Below are positions 49,990 through 59,610 of a DNA stretch of 64,000 nucleotides, one piece after another. Location: assembly GCA_022842785.1 (NCBI GenBank), contig JALHOW010000010.1, positions 31,224 through 95,223 on the forward strand, read 5' to 3'. Position numbers and translations under genes: made by a program. Below the pieces are notes generated by a model. That model did no database searches, was not told the origin of the DNA, and worked only from the letters and a program-made list of their open reading frames with translations. Position 1 is the stretch's first letter, and every line of letters starts with the position of its first letter. Origin of the DNA: Hyphomicrobiaceae bacterium (GTDB lineage Bacteria; Pseudomonadota; Alphaproteobacteria; Rhizobiales; Hyphomicrobiaceae).

Positions 49990-51432
49990 ATGGCGACGAC
50001 GACGCGGCGGGCTCAGGTTGGAAGCGATGTTCTTGAGCGCCTCAAGAGTGTCGTCGGACCAGCCGGAACGATTGATGATCCCTCGGACATCGCGCCTTAC
50101 TGCCGTGCATGGCGCGGCATCTGGGAAGGCAAATCGCCTCTCGTCCTGCGTCCCGCGAATGTCGAGGAGGTCGCTGCGCTCGTCCGCATCTGCGCCGAGA
50201 CCGGTACCGCGATCGTCCCGCAGGGCGGCATTACCGGTCTGACGGGGGCCAGCCAGCCGCATGATGACCTGAGCGAGGTGATCATCTCGACGCAGCGCAT
50301 GAAGCGCATCCGCGGCATCGACACGGCGAACGACACGATTACCGTTGATGCCGGTGTCATCCTCCAGGAAATCCAGCGGGCGGCGTCGGATGCCAACCGC
50401 CTGTTCCCGCTGAGCCTCGGTGCTGAAGGCTCCTGCCAGATCGGCGGCAACATCTCGACCAATGCCGGCGGCAATCAGGTCCTGCGCTACGGCAATACGC
50501 GCGCGCTCGTTCTCGGGCTCGAGGTGGTGCTGGCGAGCGGCGAGATCTGGAATGGTCTCCGGGGCCTGCGCAAGGACAACACCGGCTACGACATGAAGCA
50601 GCTCTTCATTGGCGCCGAAGGCACGCTTGGCATCATCACGGGCGCGACTCTGCGTCTTTTTCCGAAGCCGTCCGATACGATCAGCGCCTACATCGGCGTG
50701 GAGAGCCCGGCAGCGGCCGTCGAGCTCCTCTCTGTTCTGCGCGGCAAGCTCGGCGAATCCATCTCGGCCTTCGAGCTATTGCGCCGCCAGATCATCGATC
50801 TCCTGCTGGCCGGCGTGCCGGGACATACCGATCCCATGCCGAGCGTCCATCCGTGGTACGTGCTCATGGAGGTCGCCGGCCAAGGCGAGCCCGGTACGCT
50901 CAACGGTCCGCTTGCGGATGCGCTCGGCGCAGCTATGGAAAGCGGCCTCGTGCGCGACGCCATGATCACGACGTCCGGCGAACAGGCGCGCAAGCTCTGG
51001 AAGATGCGCGAAGACCTTGCCGAGGCGCAGAAGTCGGCCGGTGGCTCGATCGCGCATGACATCTCGGTGCCGCTCTCGCGCATCCCCGAGTTCATCGAGA
51101 AGGCTGATGCGGCTGTCGAGAAGGCTTATCCCGGCGTGCGTCACTGCTGCTTCGGGCATGTCGGCGACGGCAATCTGCACTACAACCCGATCCGTCCTGC
51201 GGACTGGACTTACGAGCGCTTCCACGCCGAGTACCCGAGCATGAACAAGATCGTGCACGACATCGTCGTGTCGCTCGGCGGATCGATCAGCGCCGAGCAC
51301 GGCATCGGCCGTCTGCGCATGGAAGAGAACTATCGCTACAAGAGCCCTGTCGAGATCGGCATGATGACAGCCGTGAAGAAGGCGCTCGATCCCAAGAACA
51401 TCATGAACCCGGGCAAAGTGCTGCGCGGCTGA
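49990..51432 (+). CDS. FAD-binding oxidoreductase (D-2-hydroxyacid dehydrogenase type)
   Basis: VPQGG.TGL, SCQIGGNISTNAGG, GAEGTLGIIT, HVGDGNLH, SISAEHGIG, DP.NIMNPGK. Confidence 0.9.
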   Translation: MATTTRRAQVGSDVLERLKSVVGPAGTIDDPSDIAPYCRAWRGIWEGKSPLVLRPANVEEVAALVRICAETGTAIVPQGGITGLTGASQPHDDLSEVIISTQRMKRIRGIDTANDTITVDAGVILQEIQRAASDANRLFPLSLGAEGSCQIGGNISTNAGGNQVLRYGNTRALVLGLEVVLASGEIWNGLRGLRKDNTGYDMKQLFIGAEGTLGIITGATLRLFPKPSDTISAYIGVESPAAAVELLSVLRGKLGESISAFELLRRQIIDLLLAGVPGHTDPMPSVHPWYVLMEVAGQGEPGTLNGPLADALGAAMESGLVRDAMITTSGEQARKLWKMREDLAEAQKSAGGSIAHDISVPLSRIPEFIEKADAAVEKAYPGVRHCCFGHVGDGNLHYNPIRPADWTYERFHAEYPSMNKIVHDIVVSLGGSISAEHGIGRLRMEENYRYKSPVEIGMMTAVKKALDPKNIMNPGKVLRG

Positions 51433-51475
51433 GCGCAGGCACAGCTCTTCGCATTCAAGAAATGGAGGAATCGAA

Positions 51476-52360
51476 ATGGCACGCATAGGCTTCATTGGCC
51501 TTGGCAACATGGGTCTGCCCATGGCCGGCAATCTCGTCAAAGCGGGCCATCAGGTCCTCGGCTTCGACCTCGTGACGTCGAATGTCGAGAAGGCCGTGGC
51601 GCGCAAGGTCGAAAAGGCGAATGGGGCTCTCGACGTTGCCAAGAACGCCGACTGCGTCATCACCATGCTGCCGGCGGGCAAGCACGTGCTCGAGGTATTG
51701 GGCGGCGGACTTCTCTCGGCGGCAAAGCCCGGCACGATCTTCATCGATTGCTCGACGATCGACGTCGCGTCCGCGCGTGCGGCACATGATATGGCGGCGA
51801 AGGCTGGAATGCTCTCGCTCGACGCGCCTGTTTCTGGCGGTGTCGGCGGTGCTGAAGGCGCGACGCTCACGCTGATGGTTGGCGGCACGAAAGAGGCTTT
51901 CGCCAAAGGCCAGCCCATTCTTTCAGGCGTCGGCAAGAAGGTCGTGCATTGCGGCGATCCCGGTGCCGGCCAGTCGGCCAAGATCTGCAACAACATGATG
52001 CTGGCGATCACCATGATCGGCACCTGCGAGGCTTTCAATCTCGCGGAGAAGCTCGGCCTCTCGCACGCCGCGCTCTTCGATGTGGCCTCGACGTCATCGG
52101 GTCAGAGCTGGGCGGTGACGACGTACTGCCCTGTTCCCGGTCCCGTACCGACGTCGCCCGCGAACAACAACTACAAGCCGGGCTTTGCCGCGGCGCTCAT
52201 GCAGAAGGATCTCGGGCTTTCACAGGAGGCGGCGCGCGGCGCTGGCGCGTCGACGCCGATGGGCGCGGCGGCAAGCCAGCTCTACAATCTCTTTGTCGCG
52301 CAGGGGCACGGTGGCGATGACTTCTCCGGCATCATCAACATGATCAAAGGGAAGGCCTGA
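51476..52360 (+). CDS. mmsB: 3-hydroxyisobutyrate dehydrogenase
   Basis: FIGLGNMG, DAPVSGG, AKICNNM, SSGQSW...YCPVPG. Confidence 0.9.
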   Translation: MARIGFIGLGNMGLPMAGNLVKAGHQVLGFDLVTSNVEKAVARKVEKANGALDVAKNADCVITMLPAGKHVLEVLGGGLLSAAKPGTIFIDCSTIDVASARAAHDMAAKAGMLSLDAPVSGGVGGAEGATLTLMVGGTKEAFAKGQPILSGVGKKVVHCGDPGAGQSAKICNNMMLAITMIGTCEAFNLAEKLGLSHAALFDVASTSSGQSWAVTTYCPVPGPVPTSPANNNYKPGFAAALMQKDLGLSQEAARGAGASTPMGAAASQLYNLFVAQGHGGDDFSGIINMIKGKA

Positions 52361-52363
52361 GCC

Positions 52364-53248
52364 ATGGCGAACATCGCATTCATCGGCCTTGGCAATATGG
52401 GTGGCCCGATGTCGGGCAACCTCATCAAGGGCCAGCACAAGGTGCGCGGCTTCGATCTCGTCGCCGATCTGCGTGCTGCCGCCGAGAAGGAAGGCGTGCA
52501 GATTGCGTCGTCCGCGCAGGATGCCGTCAAAGGCGCCGATGTCGTCATCACCATGCTGCCGCAGGGCAAGCATGTGCTGAGTGTCTGGCGTGACATCATC
52601 GAAGCGGTGCCGGCAGGTGCACTGATGATCGACTGTTCTACGATTGACGTCGCGAGCGCAAAGGAAGCGCACGCCATTGCAGCGGCGCGCGGTCTCGACG
52701 TCGTGGACGCGCCCGTTTCGGGCGGTACGGTCGGCGCGAAGGCCGCGACACTAACGCTGATGGTCGGCGGAACGGATCAGGCTGTCGCGCGCGCGCGTCC
52801 GATTCTGGAGAAGGTCGGCAGCAAGGTCGTGCACTGCGGTGGCGCGGGGCTCGGGCAGGCGGCCAAGATCTGCAACAACATGATGGCCGGCATCAACATG
52901 GTCGCGGCGTCGGAAGGCTTCGCGCTCGCCGAGCGTCTTGGTCTCTCCGCGCAATCGCTGTTCGACGTGGTCTCGACGTCATCGGGTCAGTCGACAGCCG
53001 CCGTTGGTTTCTGCCCCGTACCTGGGCTCTCCGAGCGTGCGGCATCGAACAACGACTACAAGCCCGGCTTCGCGCTTGCGCTCATGCTCAAGGATCTGAA
53101 GCTCGCTCAATCAGCGGCGGCCTCCGTCGGCGCGACAAGTCCGATGGGTGCTCTTGCGGTGCAGCTCTACACGCTGCACGACCTCGCAGGCGAGGGTGGC
53201 ATGGATTTCTCGCACATCTACACAATGATCCGCGGCGCTCAAAAGTAG
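52364..53248 (+). CDS. 3-hydroxyisobutyrate dehydrogenase paralog
   Basis: Same motifs as the upstream gene but SSGQSTAAVGFCPVPG. Confidence 0.85.
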   Translation: MANIAFIGLGNMGGPMSGNLIKGQHKVRGFDLVADLRAAAEKEGVQIASSAQDAVKGADVVITMLPQGKHVLSVWRDIIEAVPAGALMIDCSTIDVASAKEAHAIAAARGLDVVDAPVSGGTVGAKAATLTLMVGGTDQAVARARPILEKVGSKVVHCGGAGLGQAAKICNNMMAGINMVAASEGFALAERLGLSAQSLFDVVSTSSGQSTAAVGFCPVPGLSERAASNNDYKPGFALALMLKDLKLAQSAAASVGATSPMGALAVQLYTLHDLAGEGGMDFSHIYTMIRGAQK

Positions 53249-53279
53249 CGGACAACGCGCGGAACGGGAGGATCACCAT

Positions 53280-53882
53280 ATGACGACCATCGACTACTAC
53301 ATGACGCTCAACAGCCCGTGGACCTACCTCGGCTCGGCTCTTTTCGCCGAGATCGCTGCGCGTCACGGCGCGACTGTGCGCATCAAGCCGACGAAGTACA
53401 GCGAGGTCTTTCCGAAGACCGGCGGCCTGCCGCTGCCGAAGCGATCGCCGGAGCGTCGCGCCTATCGCATGATGGAGCTCAAGCGCTGGCGCGACTTTCG
53501 GAAGGTGCCGATCACCCTCGAGCCGAAGCACTTCCCTTCCGACGAAGCACTCGGCAGCCGGTTGGTGATCGCCGCTGCCTTGCAAGGCAAGGACGCCTGT
53601 CGCCTGGCGCAGGAGCTTGGCCGGTCGATCTGGGAGCTTGAAGGCAACCTTGGCGATGAATCTGTTGTCGCGGAAGCCGCCAAGCGCGCCGGGCTCGATG
53701 CCGCGGCGATCCGCAAGGCGGGTCCGTCGGATGCGGAACTCGACGAGATCCACAACAGCAATACCGCTGAAGCGCTGCATCGCGGTGTCTTCGGTGCGCC
53801 GAGCTATGTGTTGCCGTCCGGCGAATTCTTCTGGGGGCAGGACCGGCTCGAGTTCCTCGATCGCGCACTGGCAAAGCGCTAG
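53280..53882 (+). CDS. 2-hydroxychromene-2-carboxylate isomerase / kappa-class GST family
   Basis: IDYY...SPWTYLG, GVFGAPSY, FWGQDRL. Confidence 0.88.
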   Translation: MTTIDYYMTLNSPWTYLGSALFAEIAARHGATVRIKPTKYSEVFPKTGGLPLPKRSPERRAYRMMELKRWRDFRKVPITLEPKHFPSDEALGSRLVIAAALQGKDACRLAQELGRSIWELEGNLGDESVVAEAAKRAGLDAAAIRKAGPSDAELDEIHNSNTAEALHRGVFGAPSYVLPSGEFFWGQDRLEFLDRALAKR

Positions 53883-54088
53883 CAGTCCGCGGCGGCCGTC
53901 GCCTCAGGAATTGCGGCACGTACTGATGCGTCGCCGCACAGTGTAACAGCGACGGCGCCGTCCAACGTCACGACGGCTGGCGGAACCATGGGGGCGGCGA
54001 ACGACCGGCGCTCCGCGCTGAGGCACAGTGCCAGGTTGGCCATGACCAGCAGCAGCGCGAGGCAGGCGGGCATCTCCAATGTCGACAT
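53879..54088 (-). CDS. Hypothetical 69-aa exported/membrane protein
   Basis: AGGAG RBS, hydrophobic N-terminus, upstream palindrome. Confidence 0.45.
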   Translation of the reverse strand: MSTLEMPACLALLLVMANLALCLSAERRSFAAPMVPPAVVTLDGAVAVTLCGDASVRAAIPEATAAADC

Positions 54089-54118
54089 GATGGCTCTCCT
54101 GGCGCCCGCCTCAATTAC

Positions 54119-54135
54119 TGCAATCTATGATTGCA
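54119..54135. promoter_or_regulatory. Palindromic operator TGCAATC-tat-GATTGCA
   Basis: Perfect 7-3-7 inverted repeat in an AT-rich divergent intergenic region. Confidence 0.55.
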
Positions 54136-54305
54136 TAATTGCGTCTGAGCATCTTATGCGTGTTGATTGCTGGTTAGCCGTTCGCTTTTGAAATGCCTAG
54201 TATTTGATGGATCCGGCGACGGCGCTCGGGTTCTGCAAGAGGCGTGACCGCAGCTGCTTTGCGTGCGACAGGTGGGGAAACGCGGCTTTGTTTCCAGGAG
54301 CGCCG

Positions 54306-54569
54306 ATGCAGCTCATCGTCCGGGCGAACGATCCAGTGCTCATCAGTTTCGTCGAGGCTCTGTTTCGAGAGGCCGGCATCGCCGTGTACATCGCCGATAC
54401 GCACATGAGCATCACGGAAGGTTCGATCGGCGTATTCCCGCGGCGCGTGCTCGTGCTCGCGGAAGACTGGCCGCGCGCGGCTCAGATCCTCGAGGATGCC
54501 GACCTCGGCCAATGGATCGTCCGCGAAGGCCCACGACGGGGCTCGACGCCATCCAATAGCGAGTCATGA
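54306..54569 (+). CDS. DUF2007 family protein
   Basis: NDPVLISF.EAL..EAGI....D.HMS..EGSIG.FPRRVLV. Confidence 0.85.
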   Translation: MQLIVRANDPVLISFVEALFREAGIAVYIADTHMSITEGSIGVFPRRVLVLAEDWPRAAQILEDADLGQWIVREGPRRGSTPSNSES

Positions 54570-55348
54570 CCACGGTCGACGCGTTCACATCCGATGCCTT
54601 CCTCGGCGGCGCCCTCGAAGTCTTGCAGCCTTCGCGAGGCTACCGTGCCGGTCTCGATGCCGTTTTGCTTGCGGCCGCCTGCGGTGCCGAGATCGGCGAT
54701 CAGGCGCGCGTCCTGGACGCGGGCGCCGGCGTTGGCGTTGCGGGGCTCTGCGTCGCGCGCCGTGTTTCCGATGCGCACGTAACCCTCGTCGAGCGTGAGC
54801 CTGAACTCGCGGCACTCGCCCGGCAGAATGCCGCGCGCAATGGGCTCGATGCGCGCATTCGTGTCGTCGAACTCGACGTCGCGGAGGGCGGCGCCGGAAT
54901 CAATCGCGCGCGAGAGACGGATACGGGGATCTGCGCGGGCGCGTTCTCGCACGTCATCGCCAACCCGCCCTACTTCACCGAGGGGCGTGGAACTCGGTCC
55001 CCGGCTGATCTGAAGGCTGCATCACATGAGATGGCGGATGGCGCGCTCGACCAGTGGTGCCGTTTTCTCGCAACAGCGGCGGCGAGCAATGGTCTCGTGA
55101 CTGTGATCCATCGTGCCGACGCGCTGGACGCGCTCCTTCATGGTCTCGGCCGCCGCTTCGGGGGGCTCCGCGTGCTGCCGCTCTACCCGCGCGCGGGGGC
55201 CGAAGCGCACCGCGTCATTGTCCAGGGCCGCAAGGGGAGCCGCGCGCCGCTGAGGCTTCTTCCGGGAATTGAGCTGCACTGCGACGGCAATGGCTTCGTT
55301 CCGGCTATTGATGCCGTGCTGCGCCATGGTGCGGCCCTCGACTGGTGA
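54566..55348 (+). CDS. SAM-dependent methyltransferase, tRNA1(Val) m6A37 (TrmN6)-like
   Basis: GYRAGLDAVLLAA, LDAGAGVG, IANPPY; ATGA overlap with DUF2007. Confidence 0.85.
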   Translation: MTTVDAFTSDAFLGGALEVLQPSRGYRAGLDAVLLAAACGAEIGDQARVLDAGAGVGVAGLCVARRVSDAHVTLVEREPELAALARQNAARNGLDARIRVVELDVAEGGAGINRARETDTGICAGAFSHVIANPPYFTEGRGTRSPADLKAASHEMADGALDQWCRFLATAAASNGLVTVIHRADALDALLHGLGRRFGGLRVLPLYPRAGAEAHRVIVQGRKGSRAPLRLLPGIELHCDGNGFVPAIDAVLRHGAALDW

Positions 55349-55508
55349 TGGTCCGGCCGGCCGAAGGGCTGCATGGAATGCCTCTCGGGTGCTTGGAAGC
55401 GTCATCGAGAGCCGCTATGGTTGTGAGGACGGCGGCGCCCCGTGTGCCCCGCGCCTCGGCGCCTCCAGCGCCAGCTCGTTCAATCCAAACCGGGAAGGAT
55501 TAAGCATC

Positions 55509-55991
55509 ATGGCCATCAAGGTCGGTGACAAGCTGCCGGACGCGACATTCAATACGATGAGTTCGGAAGGCCCGAAGCCAATGACGACGGCTGATGTATT
55601 CGGCGGCAAGAAGGTCGTGCTGTTCGCGGTGCCGGGCGCTTTCACGCCGACGTGCCACAACACGCATCTGCCCGGCTTCATTGAGATGGCCGGCGATATC
55701 AAGTCCAAGGGTATCGACGCGATCGCCTGTGTGTCGGTAAACGACGTCTTCGTCCTCAATGCCTGGGCGAAGCAGACGGGCGCTGACGGCAAGATCCAGT
55801 TTCTTGCCGACGGCTCGGCAGACTTCACGAAGAAGATCGGCCTCGAGTTCGATCTGACCGGTCGCGGTCTCGGTGTTCGTTCACGGCGCTACTCGATGGT
55901 CGTCGAGGACGGTGTCGTGAAGTCGATCAACCTCGAAGAAGGCGCGGCGGTCGACAAGTCGAGCGCGGCGACGGTCTGCGGGATGCTCTGA
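55509..55991 (+). CDS. Peroxiredoxin, PRX5 type
   Basis: VPGAFTPTC...HLPGF, VNDVFV, RSRRYSM. Confidence 0.93.
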   Translation: MAIKVGDKLPDATFNTMSSEGPKPMTTADVFGGKKVVLFAVPGAFTPTCHNTHLPGFIEMAGDIKSKGIDAIACVSVNDVFVLNAWAKQTGADGKIQFLADGSADFTKKIGLEFDLTGRGLGVRSRRYSMVVEDGVVKSINLEEGAAVDKSSAATVCGML

Positions 55992-56015
55992 GCTTCGGAT
56001 CGAGCAATGTGAATC

Positions 56016-56047
56016 AAAACGGCCGGGTTTCGCCCCGGCCGTTTTTT
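56016..56047. terminator. Bidirectional terminator
   Basis: AAAACGGCCGGG..CCCGGCCGTTTTTT. Confidence 0.8.
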
Positions 56048-56074
56048 GTTGGCTGACGTCGATGATCGCGCCGA

Positions 56075-57097
56075 TCAGGGCCGGGCCTTGCGCTTCCAAC
56101 GCTCGGCGAGCGTGCCGACGACGCCCTTCGGCATGTAGATGATGAAGAGCACCAGCAGCAGGCCGTAGATGAAGGTGTCGAGCGCCAACGCGCTTTGGCC
56201 GAGCAGCTTGCTCAGCGTCTCGGAGCCGCGCAAGCCGACGCGCAGCGTCTCGGCGAGAACCTGCGTGAACACGGCGCCGAACGTCGGCCCGAAGAGTGAC
56301 CAGATGCCGCCCGCGATCACGGCGAACACGATGTTGAGTGAGACACCGAGCCCCGCGATCGTATCGGGGCCGATGTACATCTGATACTGGCCGTAGATCG
56401 CGCCGCCGAATGCGCACATGGCCGACGAGAGCGCCGTGATCTTGAGCTTCTCGCGCGTGACGTTGATGCCGACCGACGCCGCGGCGTCCTCATCCTGCGA
56501 GGCGGCATCCAGCGCATAGCGGTCCATGCTGCGATCCACCTTCACCCAGATGATGAGGCCGACGAGCCAGATGGCGAGCACGATGTAGTAGGCGAGCACT
56601 CGGTTGGGCTCGAACTGCATGGCGTAGAGTGAGAGGCCGTCGCCATAGCGCGCCGGCTGCGTTCCGAGCGATCCGCCCGTCCAGTCGCGCAGGCCGACAA
56701 TGCACAGGCGCACGAACTCGGTGAAGGCGAGCGTCAGCAGTGCGAAGTAGTGGCCCGTGATCCGCATGCGAAAGCACGGATAGCCGACGAGAACGCCCGC
56801 GATCGTTGCCACGAGCATGGCGACGGGAATGCCGATCCACGGCGTGATGCCGGCGAAGTTCCAGAGCATGACGGTGACGTACGCACCGATGCCCGTGAAC
56901 GCCCCGTGGCCGAGGGAGGTGAGCCCGAAGCGGCCCATCATCGACCAGCCGGTATAGATGAATGCCCAGATCAGGATCTGGATGACGAGGTGCAGATAGT
57001 AGCGATCCGTCCCCGGGAAGATCTGCTTGATGATGAGCGGCAGCACCAGCAGGACGGCAAGCCCGATCGCCCAGGAGATATGCTTTTGGGTGATCAT
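56075..57097 (-). CDS. Branched-chain amino acid-type ABC permease (LivM-like)
   Basis: SLGHGAFTGIG, GHYFALLTLAF, GGIWSLFGP.FGA; start ATG 57097. Confidence 0.9.
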   Translation of the reverse strand: MITQKHISWAIGLAVLLVLPLIIKQIFPGTDRYYLHLVIQILIWAFIYTGWSMMGRFGLTSLGHGAFTGIGAYVTVMLWNFAGITPWIGIPVAMLVATIAGVLVGYPCFRMRITGHYFALLTLAFTEFVRLCIVGLRDWTGGSLGTQPARYGDGLSLYAMQFEPNRVLAYYIVLAIWLVGLIIWVKVDRSMDRYALDAASQDEDAAASVGINVTREKLKITALSSAMCAFGGAIYGQYQMYIGPDTIAGLGVSLNIVFAVIAGGIWSLFGPTFGAVFTQVLAETLRVGLRGSETLSKLLGQSALALDTFIYGLLLVLFIIYMPKGVVGTLAERWKRKARP

Positions 57098-57987
57098 GAC
57101 TTGGCTCCGAAGAGGCCCTGCGGCCGGACGAAGATGACGAGCATGAAGAACAGGAAGGCGATGGCGTAACCCCACTCGGTGGCGACGCAGGAGCCACCGA
57201 TGGTGATGAACTGGGCGATGATGAAGGCCGCGACGAAGCCGCCGACCATGTTGCCGAGGCCGCCGAGCACGCAGATCATGAAAACGAGCGGACCGAACTG
57301 CAGGCCGATCTGCGGATAGATGTCGTACTGCAGGACCATCAGGCACGCGGCGAGGCCGGCAAGCCCGCCGCCGATCGCCGAAGTCGCGAGATAGATCTTC
57401 TTCTGGTCGACGCCCATGAGCGGCATGATCTGCCGGTCCTGCGAGATCGCGCGGATCGCGGTCCCGATGTAGGTGCGCGTGAGGAACTGCCAGAGCAGGA
57501 TCATGGCGCCGAGCGCGACGGCGAAGGTGATGATGCGGCTCCAGGCAAAGCTCATGTCGCCGAAGTTCACCGAGCCGAGCCGAATGCCGAGGTTCCGGAA
57601 TTCGATGCCGAATGCCATCGTCGCCGCGGCCTGCAACAGGAACAGCACGCCGCCCGTTACGAGGAGCTGGTTGATCGGCGGCTGATCGAGCACCGGTCGT
57701 ATGACGAGGTAGTGCAGGATCGTGCCCGCGCACGCGACAAGGCCGATGCCCATCAGGAATGCGAGCGGGAGTGGCAGCCCCAGGACCTGCACGAAGTAGA
57801 AGATCGCGTACATGCCGACCATGACGAGCTCGGCGTAGCAGATCCACACGACGTCGATGACGCCGAAGATGAGATTGAGCCCGAGCGCCAGGAGAGCGAG
57901 CAATCCGGCCAGCAGCACACCGTTGAGCAGCGCTTCGACGAAAAACACGTCGAGCGAGCAATCGAGACTTGAGAAAAACCCGAACAT
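57094..57987 (-). CDS. Branched-chain amino acid-type ABC permease (LivH-like)
   Basis: ALGLNLIFGV, GTAIRAISQD, LGGLGNM.G; start ATG 57987. Confidence 0.9.
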   Translation of the reverse strand: MFGFFSSLDCSLDVFFVEALLNGVLLAGLLALLALGLNLIFGVIDVVWICYAELVMVGMYAIFYFVQVLGLPLPLAFLMGIGLVACAGTILHYLVIRPVLDQPPINQLLVTGGVLFLLQAAATMAFGIEFRNLGIRLGSVNFGDMSFAWSRIITFAVALGAMILLWQFLTRTYIGTAIRAISQDRQIMPLMGVDQKKIYLATSAIGGGLAGLAACLMVLQYDIYPQIGLQFGPLVFMICVLGGLGNMVGGFVAAFIIAQFITIGGSCVATEWGYAIAFLFFMLVIFVRPQGLFGAKS

Positions 57988-58054
57988 CCGCTTCTCCCCT
58001 TGCGGCCCGTATCCAGTACCGGCCGCCAACCCGTCACGTGCCCTGCGCGGGCAA

Positions 58055-58759
<705 letters not shown>

Positions 58760-58770
58760 CTGAGCCCGCC

Positions 58771-59502
58771 CTAGTGCTCCGTTTCGCCGAGGTAGACCTC
58801 GACGACGCGCTTGTCCGTCTGCGCATCGGCGGGCTTTCCGTCGAAGATCTTCTCGCCGTGGTCGAGCACGACCACGCGGTCGACGACGCGCATCAGCACG
58901 CCCATGATGTGCTCGACCCACACGATCGTGATGCCCTTCTCCTTGCGGATGCGCTCCAGCATGTCCGCGGCCTGATCCATTTCGCCGTGATCGAGGCCGT
59001 TGAGGCTTTCGTCGGCGAGCAGGAGGCGTGGTCCGGTTGCGAGCGCACGGGCGAGCTCGAGCTTTTTCAGCGAGGCCGCCCCAAGTCCGTCCGTTGATGT
59101 AGTGGCGTCGGTCGGCAGGCCAACCATGGCGAGCGATTCCTCGGCCTTGGCCCAGCATTGCGCGCGCGACAGGTGCGCGTTGGAGCCGAAGTGTGCGGAG
59201 AGCGCGACATTCTCGAGGAGCGAAAGATTGCGAAAGGGCCGGGGTATCTGGAACGTCCGGGCGATACCCTTGTGGCAGACTTGATTTGCCTTGAGGCCGC
59301 CGATCTCGCCGCCCTCGAACTTCACGCTGCCAGCGGTCGGCGTATACATGCCGGCGATGCAGTTGAAGGTCGTGCTCTTGCCAGATCCGTTCGGCCCGAT
59401 GAGGCCGAGGATCTCTCCTTCCGCGACATCGAACGATACGTTGCTTACAGCGGTGAAGCCGCCGAACTGCTTGGTTAGTCCATCTACTTTGAGCATCGCC
59501 AT
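58771..59502 (-). CDS. ABC ATP-binding protein (LivG-like)
   Basis: GPNGSGKST, RTFQ, LLADE, VEHIM. Confidence 0.92.
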   Translation of the reverse strand: MAMLKVDGLTKQFGGFTAVSNVSFDVAEGEILGLIGPNGSGKSTTFNCIAGMYTPTAGSVKFEGGEIGGLKANQVCHKGIARTFQIPRPFRNLSLLENVALSAHFGSNAHLSRAQCWAKAEESLAMVGLPTDATTSTDGLGAASLKKLELARALATGPRLLLADESLNGLDHGEMDQAADMLERIRKEKGITIVWVEHIMGVLMRVVDRVVVLDHGEKIFDGKPADAQTDKRVVEVYLGETEH

Positions 59503-59610
59503 GCGCGGGGGCCGCTGAATCTGCCAAGAGTGAGGGCGTGGACAATAGGAGGCCTCATCGCTGTCGCCCAGCCCTAGCTAGCGGCAGCGATGAGGCGCAA
59601 ACGCGTGGGA

